Assembly: GCF_037042905.1 (NCBI RefSeq)
Contig: NC_087249.1
Span: 7,132,001-7,196,000 of the forward strand
Direction: 5' to 3'
From: Lytechinus pictus
Lineage: Eukaryota
Length of the DNA: 64,000 bases
In this document: positions 1 through 12,100 of the stretch, one piece after another
Layout: each line of letters starts with the position of its first letter
Position numbering within the stretch: the first letter of the stretch is position 1
Position numbers and translations under genes: made by a program
The notes under the pieces: generated by a model
The model's input: only the letters and a program-made list of their open reading frames with translations
Database searches by the model: none
Told to the model about the DNA's origin: nothing

Positions 1-48
1 CCTAGTAAATGTAAATAACAAGCATGAAATTCCTATTGTAATACCCAC

Positions 49-105
49 CTCATCATCCTCATAGATACGATCATCAACAATGTTGATCGGAATGGTGGCA
101 GCTCT
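49..105 (-). CDS. ADGRV1: ADGRV1 exon w55
   Basis: RAATIPINIVDDRIYEDDE; CAG acceptor; GTGGGT donor is likely but less certain. Confidence 0.75.
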
Positions 106-3100
106 CTGCAGAAAATGAAACCAAATACAATACAATATTTTAAATTGCTGCCTCAAAGTGTCAAGTTTTGGTGGTCCTTTTCAGAATCAACACATGCCCA
201 CAAAAGAATGCATGGCGTACCATGAGGCCTCTACAGTAATCACTGCATCCTTTTGAGATAGAATGTATAAAATTTTCAGTGTGATACATCTTGATAAATT
301 TATGTTGCTTTTGTGTCTAATTCTTTGTATCTTTGTTATTTTGGAAAAATAAAACACAATTTTAAGACATGAAAACACATTTTTGATAATTGTATTGACA
401 TATTAAGGTAAAAAAAATATGTCTATGCACTTACACGTATGTATTTATGAAAATTTTGCACCAATGGTGACACCGAAATGCATGCCAATGAATATGTCGA
501 GATTGTCAGAAGGATCAGGCAGATTTACACATACTCCAAATTCAGTTTCCAAATTCAGTGAGTAAACTTGTTTTTACGGCAATTTAGATGTCACATATCA
601 CTTTGTGACGCACTATATCAAAGAACATATATGTATTCTGGAGTATATGCCAGATAAATTTTTTCATGATGCCTGAAAATTAGACTACTCATAAGAGCTA
701 TGTCTATAGCATCATTTTTTTTCTCTCTTTCATAGAAAGATTTCATCCAAAATCAAAGACAAAACAATTGATTGAATTTACGGAAAAAATCAAGAAGCAA
801 ACATGTTTACATTGTATAACAACTGAACATGACCCAACATGGGCATGTTTCATGAGCCATCTTTTCAATGAGTTCACTGACCAATTTGCTCTGATCCAAT
901 CAGATGCAAAGATTTCAGTAGCTTATAACAGTCATTGAAAAATCATTGACTTTGCATTTGATGAAATGTTCCGTGTTTCCTAGAGTGTGTCTTACCTGGC
1001 CGTTTACGAGAGTGACATTACCAGAGAGAGGGTTGAAGTCAGCGGTGGAGGCACTGACAGTGGTAGCGAGCCAGCTCACGCCCACGGTGCCGATCGCACC
1101 GGCCGTACGCAGCACCGGGAGGTTGAGGATACCACTGGTGCCGGATCCTTCGTAGACCTCCACATCACCATCGGCATTCTGGATATGAGATGAGAACAAT
1201 GCATCCATATTTTATCATTTAATGAGTGACTTTATGCAACCATGTAAGTTACAAACTATTCCCCATAAATTCCCAATTGTTTTAACACAAAACACATTTC
1301 GGAGTGAAGAGAAAATACAGAAAATATTCAAGTACATGTTTTATCTGGCCTCAGAAATACACTACAAGTATGTCTGGGGAAGAAATATCAGAATTCACCA
1401 TATATTTCATGGGATTTAAGGTCAAATATAATTACAACTGTATTATACATCAAGCCCTAAATAACAGGTTTAATTTGCATGAGGATACTGTGAGCAGTAC
1501 CTGGTGGGTGTTTCATAAAGCTTTTTTACACTCTAAATAATCACCAATGAACATCATCAAATATAATTTTACCACGGATCACCAGTCGTTCTTAAAGTCA
1601 CTTTTAAAGGAGAATGAAACTCTTGGAGCAAGTTAGCTTTTGTGAAAGCAGAAAAATCAAAGAATAAGATCAACAAAAGTTTGAGTAAAATAGGACTAGC
1701 AATAGAAGAGTTATGAGCGTTTGAATGTCGAGATCACTAATGCTATGGAGATCCTCCCATTGGCAATGCGACCAAGATCTATGATGTCACAGATGAACAA
1801 CTCTCCCCTTTTGGACACTGAAAATATACCCCAAAACATCTCTTTTTGCTCATTCTAATCATATGAGAAATGATTCATCAGTGATATAATGTTGTGAAAC
1901 CTCTGTACTTGTCCTCTCATAAAGAGAACACCTCATCTTGTGATAGACTCTATATAAGTGAGAATATAAGTGAAATAAGTACTAAAGTAATGAGGGAGTT
2001 GTACGTGTGTGACATCACAGATCTTGGTCGCATTGCCAATGGGAGGATCTACATGGCATTAGTGATCTCAATATTCAAATGCTCATAACTTTCTTATTAT
2101 TCATTCGATCCGCCTCAAACTTTCCATTACGTCTTACCCCCGTTTGGGAACGGACCACAATTCGGATTGCAAACTGCGGTATTTCACCCCATTTTGCGTT
2201 TGAAAATCTAAAACATCATTTCCAAGCCCTGGGGGTCGTTTCATAAAGCTGTTCGTAAGTTAAGAGCGACTTTAACAACGACTGGTGATCATCGCCAATT
2301 GTACCATTTACCGCAAGACATGATCACCAGTCGCTCTTAACTTACGAACAGCTTTATGAAACACCCGCCTGATCAACCCCGCTTGGCCAGGTAATCCCCA
2401 CAGGCCAGATTATGAGCGTTGAGCCAAGGACGAAATGATAAACAACAGCTGTGCTATTACGTAAGTCTTCTCTGCCTGTAGAAGGACCTTCGGAATTAAA
2501 TTATTGTATTCGATATTTAATCACGTTTTCAAAGGCATATTGTATTCAGAAATTCAATGCTAGCCCATTTTCAATTTCGAACAAAGAAAATCAACCTCGA
2601 AATAAGGAAAGTAAGTGAATAAAAAATGGCGAGATGTTTTCCCGGACCGCACTCGGGCTGTTGTGTTATCTTCGGACCGAGGTCAAGAAACAGGTGTTTT
2701 GATACTTACATTGCATGCCTGGGGCAGTAGGGTTTTCGTACTTGGAGAAGAGGGGTATAGTGTTATCAAACGGAGCTCTTTCGTCATGTCAACAATATGT
2801 TTCTTTGATTTTTCTCTTTGATATGGATTCAGCTGGTTTCAAGGGTTTCATTCTCCTTTAACTTACGATCAGCTTTATGAAACGGGCCCCCTGCAATGCT
2901 TGGTCAAATCTTGTCTACATGATCTTGTCAATCCTTATCCACTCAAATAACATGCATTATCATCTATATACATGTAGAGAGCTTTAGCTTCAGTCTGCAT
3001 CAATTGCCTGTACAGTATAAGAGCGTATCCCTAAAAGGACCGAAATCCGAAGAATATCCCATAGGCTCCTGTACAAATAGAGCGTATGCACGAATGCGTG

Positions 3101-6100
3101 AAATATACAACATGTACAACAATGAAATCAATTTGATGCGCAGCATGAGAGCGACACTCAATGACGTCATAATGAACTACATGCAAGTCGCATGTCAACG
3201 ACCAAATTTGATCTTATGAAGTGATGATGCCATTATGTGATAAGTGATGTGAAATGAATTTCTCCCTCTTTTTAATTGCTAGGGGTGGGATAGATGATAA
3301 TAATTACATGTATATTGGATGGCTTTATTTCATGGAATACCAGAAATATTCCACTCGTTAGGGCCATTATTCCACTCATCTACGATTCGTGGAATATTTG
3401 CCCAAACTCTTGGAATATTTCTGGTATTGCATTCTGAGCCATCCAATATAATATAAATATATCACAAAAGACCCCAGAAGAGCACTGAAGCACCTTTGTA
3501 ACATGACGAAACATCTAATCAAGGGTCAAACTTTTGGCAAGAGGGTACACCTACCTTAGTAACGTTCAGCTGGAGAATACCATTAGCATTGTCATTCTGT
3601 CTGATGGTCACCTCTGCAACGTTCTGTCCATTCTTGATACTAGGCTGCGCTCCACTGACCGGTTGACCCGACACAAGCTCCACGGATGTCAGGTTGACAA
3701 AGAACGTCTCTGGACCTTCAGCATCGGTGTCCTGTGTGTAGGCAAAAAAAATATATATTTTTTTTTTAGGGGGCTACTTTTCACAGCTTACTGCTACATC
3801 GCCCCCAGCCCCCATGCAATTTTTTCCCTGCCTGTGTGTGAGAGAAATTTGATAGCCATGGTACGGGCTAACATTCTCTGACAAGATATAATCACTAACA
3901 AGTGGAACGCCTCTGGCAGTCTCGCCTGCATTACGCAATTTAATATAGCAGCAGTGCTAACTTTGAAAACTACTATAAAATAATCATTCACAAAAACATC
4001 ATTCATATAATGACATAATACCACGTTCATTGACCATAAATGACATTTGAACGGAGACTTAAGACTGTCAACTACACCCATGTCCACATTTCATTCACTC
4101 TATCCATAAACTTTCAAAGTTATGATGGCACTTCAACAATTACCCCAACATGGCCTAAGTTTATTGACCTTAACTGACCTTTGACTTGGTTTTGTGACCT
4201 GAAACTCACAGGGGATGTTCAGTGATGCTTGATTACTCTTATATCCCAAGTTTTATGAACTAGATCCATAAACTTTCAGAGTTAGGATGGTACATGTAAT
4301 TCAAAAAATACCCCCAACATGGCCAAAATTCATTGACCTTTAATGACCTTTGACCATGGTCATGTGACCTGAAACTCGTACAGGATGTTCAGTGATACTT
4401 GATTACTCTTATGTCCAAGTTTTATGAACTAGATCCATAAACTTTCAGAGTTAGGATGGTAATTTAACAAATACCCCCAACACGGCCAAAGTTCATTGAC
4501 CTTAAATGACCATTGACCATGGTCATGTGACCTGAAACTCGCACAGGATATTCAGTGGTACTTGATTAACCTAATGTCCAAGTTTCATGAACTAGATCCA
4601 TAAACTTTCAGAGTTAGGATGGTAATTTAACAAATACCCCCAACACGGCCAAAGTTCATTGACCTTAAATGACCATTGACCATGGTCATGTGACCTGAAA
4701 CTCGCACAGGATATTCAGTGATACTTGATTACTCTTATGTCCAAGTTTTATGAACTAGATCCATAAACTTTCAAAGTTATGATGGTAATTCAACAAATAC
4801 CCCCAACACGGCCAAAGTTCATTGACCCTAAATGACCTTTGACCTTGGTCATGTGACCTGAAACTCAAGCAGGATGTTCACTAATACTTGATTAACCTTA
4901 TGTCTAAGTTTCATGGACTAGATCCATATATTTTCAAAGTTATGATAGTAATTCAACAAATACCCCCAACTTGACCAAAGTTCATTGACCCTAAATGACC
5001 TTTGACCTTGGTCACGTGACCTGAAACTCGAGCAGGATGTTCACTAATACTTGATTAACCTTATGCCCAAGTTTCATGAACTAGGTCCATATACTTTCTA
5101 AGTTATGATGTCATTTCAAAAACTTAACCTTCGGTTAAGATTTTGAAAATAATTTTCCCAACATGGTCTAAGTTCATTGACCCTAAATGACCTTTGACCT
5201 TGGTCATGTGATCTGAAACTCAGGCAGGATGTTCAGTAATACTTGATTAACCTTATGTACAAGTTTCATGAACTAGGTCCATATACTTTCTAAGTTATGA
5301 TGTCATTTCAAAAACTTAACCTTATGTTAAGATTTGATGTTGACGCCGCCGCCGCCGTCACCGTCGCCGTCGGAAAAGCGGCGCCTATAGTCTCGCTCTG
5401 CTATGCAGGCGAGACAAAAACAAAAATCAGGAATTCAAATCACTGAACATATTATTCTATATTAAAATAAAATAAAATAAATAAGAATGAGAGCTGGTAC
5501 TATACTAGTATCAGCAATAATAATCTGTTATCCAAGACAAAATTTTAAGGTTTTAAAATGAAGTTAAAACGTAAAAGAGAAAGCGATAAAGAGAGAACCT
5601 TGGTTATTATAGATCAAGCTCTACAGCAATCTGTTTAATGATAGAACATTCAATCTCATAGTTTTGGGATTATTCAAAATGCTATTAACAAAATGTAAAT
5701 TTCTCTTTGCATTTCAAGATCAACATTCACAATATCAAATATCCTTTCACAACTTTTGTGTATGCGTACTCTGACTCGAATACACACTTGAACTCATACT
5801 CGGTCTCTATCTCTACTCAATAATTAGGCATGTCTGCTTGGCTTGAAGTTACATTCACAACTGACTTTATTCTCTATACTAAACTACAATATATAATTCA
5901 CTGTACATAGTTACATAATATTCTAAGGAAGGCAAAGTGATAAGGAAAGTATAAACAGATGGAGTTGAACAAGGGGTTGTTCATGGTGGGGGTAATACAG
6001 CATGGTCAATATTTACACAACTGGTCTGGGGTGGAAACATGATGATAGTGAGCTTGTGAACGGAGATGGAAACAGTAGTTGAGATAATGAGGCATGAATT

Positions 6101-9100
6101 AATAGCATGATAGAATGACAGAATGAGAGGATGGTTTGATCAGGGATTGTGTGTATGAACACAATAACAACCATCTCTAATAACAGTCCTTTAGACCATA
6201 ACAAAAGAGGAAAAATATACAAATGATGGTAGAAGATGTACTAGTAGAATTAGAAGTGCTAACAGCATAAGCAGCAGCAGCAAATGTAATAGAAGAAGTT
6301 TTATCACTTACAGGCAAAACATTGATGGTCACGGAGGCAACATCCACACCATCTTCGAAGGTGACAAAGTTTTGTCGCATAGCAAAGTCACTTCCACTCT
6401 CGGCTCTCTGGATGTCGGGTAAGCCTGCAGCTTCAGAAGTGCTGGATGAAAATTAATAAATCGCAAAACTGATAGAACTACAAACATTTACTTGCCATTT
6501 ATAATATTACGGTAGCTTGAAATTCATCTTGTGTGTGGAATTACAGTGAAACTTGTCTATAGTGTCCCCCCAAAGAAAACAGACAATGTGGCCTTTATAG
6601 ACAAGTGGCTGCTATAGACAGGTTCTTATACACACATAATCTGCCTCCATGGAAATTAGTATAAGTGGTCACTTCAGGTAGGTAGCTGATATAGACAGGT
6701 GGCCACCAACACAGGTTTGACTGCATCAGTTTTCTATTTATGTTTTCTCTTACTCCTTACAATTAATCCCAATTAAAATTATTTAAAACATGATCAAGAT
6801 ACATTCAAAATCCTCATTTGATTTAAGAAGACAGAGAGGACGAGGATGTTTTGGGAGGATCAAATAAGTAATAAAAACGTCCAGGTTTTGTGAAATATAG
6901 AATGACCTATTCCCAACTGTTTCAGTTGCAATTACTTCAATACTATAACATGCAATGTAAATATAAGTATTTTGTGTACACATTCAAAATCCAATCCAGC
7001 AGTCATTTGATATAGCGCCTTTTACTTTCAATTACAAAGTGCTGCACACACACAACTCCATGTTTTGGCCACTAAAACCGTAATTCAACACTTCAGAATG
7101 GTCAGCTTAGTCCATGCAATCCATTGTGCTCTTAGCAAAATAGATTGGATTTCATGGCTTTTTTTATCTGGTCAACATTGAAGCAGGTAGGTGATTCCAT
7201 AGTTTTGCAGCGACCACAACAGCATAGGCATTCAGACTGCTAATAATGAATGTCTTTTGAGAAGGTTTCAACAATGTTCTAACACAATTCCTCCAGGAGC
7301 ACAACTTGAGCCATGGACTAACATAAAAGTTGTCGGGGGAATCTGCAGTCAAAGAAAATGGTCTTCTGGAAGGAGTTGCCCTCCAGAGGAGTAGTCCAAG
7401 GCAAAAACCCTTACTCCAAGATGCTTATCTATGTCATCACTAACCTGTAATACACATTGACCACTCCTGTAAAGCCCTGCTCCCTGGTCATATACAGCGT
7501 GACACTCCTCGATCCCTGCGACCCTTCTGGTTCATCCACAGCAGTGTAGAGTGACTCCAGGTTCCAGGCAAACACCCCATGAGGGGAGTCGTTGGCCAAG
7601 ACCCGAAGCTCGGCTGAACTGGTTGATGGACTGATGGTGGCCCCACGGCCAGGGCGGGTAGTTCCTGGGTTGACGATGCGGGTGAGTCGGATGGTGCTGG
7701 TCTCGTCGAGTTCCGGGATGTCATCCGCGAGGACGGTGATGACCAGAGGAGCGGTGGCAACGCCGTCCTGGAACTCAATCTAGAACATGGATTAAAGGTA
7801 ATGGTTCCATGTTATATTTACTTCATAGAGCAAAAAAAAGGTAACTTGCCGATTTGGAATCTAACATCCCTCAAAGTCAGAAGTATACAAAGCCTCTGTA
7901 AAAGTATAACTCACTTCTGCTACGTGAAGATATAAATTACATACTCTTTGTAATGACTTTCTGCATGTCATCATATGCATTCACCTTACAAAAATCAAAT
8001 ATGTAGTGTAACATATTAACAATAACAGTTCTGTCCCGTTACATGCAGAGCCCATTTGACAATAATACTGTATTTCAATAAAATCTTGACTGTAACTTTA
8101 ATTAATTTATGCAAATCAAAGTAATAGCACCATCACCGAATGGATATAATCATTACAAACACTATTTGCTGGATGATAAACAGTTGTTAGCACTAAGAAT
8201 ATTAAGCACTATATAGGTGCATTACCTGGCCAACAAGTGGCCTGGCATCCGTAGCAGCAAGCTGTCCGAACGCCTCCCACTCCACCACAACCATCCCAGC
8301 AGTACCCCCAATCCTCTCCACGGTCAGCACTGCCGGCGTGTTCGTGGCCCTCTCCTCCGCCTGAACCGACAGGGACTCTGCCGCAAATCCCACAATGCCG
8401 TGAGCGTCGTCGTTTGAGGTGATCACAATGGTGACAAGGCTCTGAGAGCCTAGCTGGGCTCCGTTGGTTGGACTGGAGAGGTAGACGCTGAAGGTCTGGT
8501 CATCCTCCGGTAGGACGTCGTCAAGGAGAGAAACGCCAAAGGTGAGTTCAGTGTCCGAGGGTGTGAAGGTCAGTTGGGTTGACCTGTAGAACAGGGGCAT
8601 CAAGAGAAAATGGGATTCATTGTTTGCATTATCAGAGGAATAAGATTTGAATAGCACATCAAGATAAAACAAGGAATATTAAAGGAGAGAGTTGAGTCAC
8701 ATCTCTAAACCAACTTTATGGTCGCAACTAAAACCAAATCTAAGAGTTACATAAACGACTTTGAAATTAATTCAAATTGCACTTTCCACGCTTACATTTC
8801 AACACTGATAACTCACAACTTTTTTTCTCTGATTAAATCCACTACTGTATTGGCTGAATGACACACACTATTTGATAGATGAACAGATATTCTCGTAATC
8901 TTACCAAGGAACGTAATCCGAGTCTTCAGCTACACCGGTCAGCTGCAAGATGGTAGACATCTCAGCCAAAGCACCATCACCGTAGTTGGCCGAGGCAAGG
9001 AGGGGCGCTGTGCTACCTATGACCTCTAGGGGGACAAGGTCAAAGGCCGGGTCAGAGGTCACCAGGAGGTCAAACCTGGAGTTGAAGGTGTTCCAGGTAT

Positions 9101-12100
9101 AGACGGAGGATGGGCCATCCACGTTTGCAAGGGCCAGGTGAGTGACGTCGTCAGGGTCGGTGATGAATACCTTGAGTGACTGAATCCCCTGGGTGGGGAT
9201 GGACTGGTGAAGGACAAATTGGGAGGTCACTGAACTCCACTGGTAGATGACTGAATCGATTTCTGTGTTACCAACTAGAAAGAGAGAAAGGGTTTATTTT
9301 AATTAAATGATGAGGGGAAAGGGTATCATAATTAAACATTCATAATTTGATTTTACTCATTTCAATACTCTGTTGACACTTTAAGGCCAAATTATTTTCT
9401 ACTCTTGTGATTTTTTAGCTGTTTGTCAAGGAAATTCCATCTACCAAACCAAAAATGAAAACATCACATGTTTCCCTTATATGCAAGCAAAAAAAAATAT
9501 GTACTGCACTAGCAATTAGCGAATGTGTTTTTGCCTGCGGTGTGAGATGGGATTACATTACCACCTGTCTGATTGTACATTGAATTCTAACATTGTAGTT
9601 TGACTTTTGATGGTCACTTTTTGTTCATTTTAAGTTTAGAACCAATCTCAATCAAAATGACAAAAGTGTGCTATTCTGTGACTCTGTATGAATAATAGAA
9701 AACATCATCTTTAAGAGTCTTATCCACTATACACTTTACAAAAGTAGAATTTCCAGTTTCAGGTTTGCTTTTAAGTAACCCTGCTGTTCAAATTCAAATT
9801 CAAAATCGTGACTACAACAGAGGTGACTGTCCCTGGTGGTTTGTGAGGATTGGAGATTGGCAAACTGATGAGGAATCTTACTCTTATCTTTCTTTAAAAA
9901 TGACTGGGGTTCTCAACTTAAATAAGAGAAAAGTGGATAAAACTGGGATATCTTCAAAGACAGATTCCGAACATGTCTTACCATCATTCCTGCTATTGGC
10001 TATCGCTAGGTAGGCGTTGGATCCTACCGTGAATGCTTGGATATCAGTAGCGCCCTGGGTTGAGATCTGCTGGACTTGGACTAAGTTACCACCTTGCCAT
10101 TCATACACCACACTCCTACAAGCATGAAGAGACACGAAGTTTGAGAGGTTAATTTCAAATTTGGTGTTAAAGGCTGGTGTTGGCATTTGAGGTAGCATGT
10201 ACACCAGATACAACAGCCAATGACACTAACACACAACACTTCTATGAGGATATAGAGACAGAAACACCAGTCACGATACCCATTGCTACTCATACACCAC
10301 ACTTCTATAAGACAACAGAAATAGACAATGATTCAATTGGTGATTTCAAGTTTGGTGTTAATTTACTGGTGTTGAGGTAAAACACCAAACATAACGCCAA
10401 ATTGCATTTATACACCCAGACAGAGAATTTAGCTGCTTCTAGCTCATACATTTGTCCTTTCTTTCCAGAATTTTGGGTAAGCAAATAAAACTCCACTTTC
10501 CATCAAAAGCTGAAGAAACTATGTCTTAATTCTCAAAATTGGGTACAATGCTAGGACAATGGAGCCATAACAGGTCTTGAAGCCACAATTCGGAAACACT
10601 TAACAAAGATGCAACTACCAAAAAAAAAGCAATTGCACAGGTAAAAAGCATTAATATAGCAACATGTCACACTCACATGATTTCATACGAGGCGAGCGAA
10701 GAGTCGTAAAAATTTGCCACAGCCAAGTATTGGTTGCCGTTGATTGAAAAGGAATCTATGGCAGAGGCCCCATTGGAGTTGAACAGAGAACTCTGGGTAA
10801 AGCTGACACTGTTCCAGAGATAGATGACAGAGTTGGAAAGGGTCTGTCCGTTGTTGCTCCTGAGCTGGGTTATTGCAAGGTAGGTGTCCGATCCAAGATT
10901 GAAGAACTCCACATCAGACGCGCCAACGGTTGAGATGTCTTGGATCTAAAAACAGTGTGAGGAAATCCAATCATTTTTTTTCATTCTCTCTCTCTCTCTC
11001 TCTGTCTCCTAAGTATATTATGATTATGATGATTCTCATTGATTATCATTATAATTATTATTATTATTCTCATTATTATCATCATCATTGATATTACTAT
11101 TTGGCATCTTGGCATCACCTGTGCGTGGGAGGTGAAAAGCGAACTGAATTGCCATGACCCACAGGTCTCTCCTCCTGATATAACTGATATCAACAAAGAA
11201 TTCTCTATAAGAGTCAAGCCACAAGGCACTTAATCCAGGGATTAAATTAATCCTAGGCCACATCCTTCTCAATTCCTATCTCATTGACATTGGAGAATTC
11301 TTGTGCCCTTCAGTAACTATTCCCATTTGTGATGCAATATTTTATAGAGATGTGTCCTTCAGAAAAAAAAGCATTGTGATTCAAGGATTTTTCCATTTTC
11401 ATGTACTATTACAGTCAAACATAATTGAAACATTGTTTATGTACTGACCCAACTTCAGGACCCTATCCATTGCAAACCGCCCATCATCGTTGATTTAAAC
11501 CTAAAAAATTTGCTACAATTTCATATACAACAGTAAAATTTTGATAGAGTTTAATTAACGTGGTCTTTAAGTTCTAGATTGATGTCAGAGTTAAAAGTGA
11601 ACAAGTGCTTATAAAAGTGGAATATTATGGTTATTATTTTGTGTCCTACATCGGCTCACATCCATTAGTTGTTCACAAAGAAATGGCTCATCACAGAGCC
11701 TTCTTATCAGCAGTCATCTATCAACAAGGCTTGCCTGGCTGTCGTACTTACCACCGTCAACGACCCATTAGCATTGAGTCTGTAGATACGGGATGAGGTC
11801 TGACGACGCCCACTAGCTCCCATGTTAGCAATGGCAATGAGAGTTGTGTCACTTCCGACTACCGTAGATGCAGCCCTGACAGCCCCATCAGTCTCCAATG
11901 TCTGTCAAAATTAAAGGTCAAAGGTCACATTCATTTCTACTTCCTTCATTTGTCAAAACTCGTTAATTACATAATTAAAAATGTTAATATTAATATCCTT
12001 ATTCTCACAAGGCATCCATGCTTTTTCTCAAGTTCTTTTTCATTCAATGATAATATTTAATCAAGGCTACGTTTTGTTTATTCATAATATGATGCTATTT

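Larger units (their letters stand above)
1608..2857. mobile_element. Kolobok-like non-autonomous DNA transposon
   Basis: TIR AGGAGAATGAAAC/GTTTCATTCTCCT flanked by TTAA on both sides; internal palindrome. Confidence 0.75.
1504..2890. mobile_element. Harbinger-like MITE family A, split by a nested insertion
   Basis: gggtgtttcataaagc...gctttatgaaacgggcccc termini, CTG flanks; right arm interrupted at TTAA. Confidence 0.7.

Noticed and set aside
1..48. Possible 47-nt intron or read-through extension of exon w55
   Set aside because: The frame stays open and an AG lies at 2-3, but it cannot be resolved at the window edge.
4100..5330. Regular repeats that might look like a CRISPR array (also 33000-35700)
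   Set aside because: Whole units repeat with no unique spacers; eukaryotic intron context; no cas genes.
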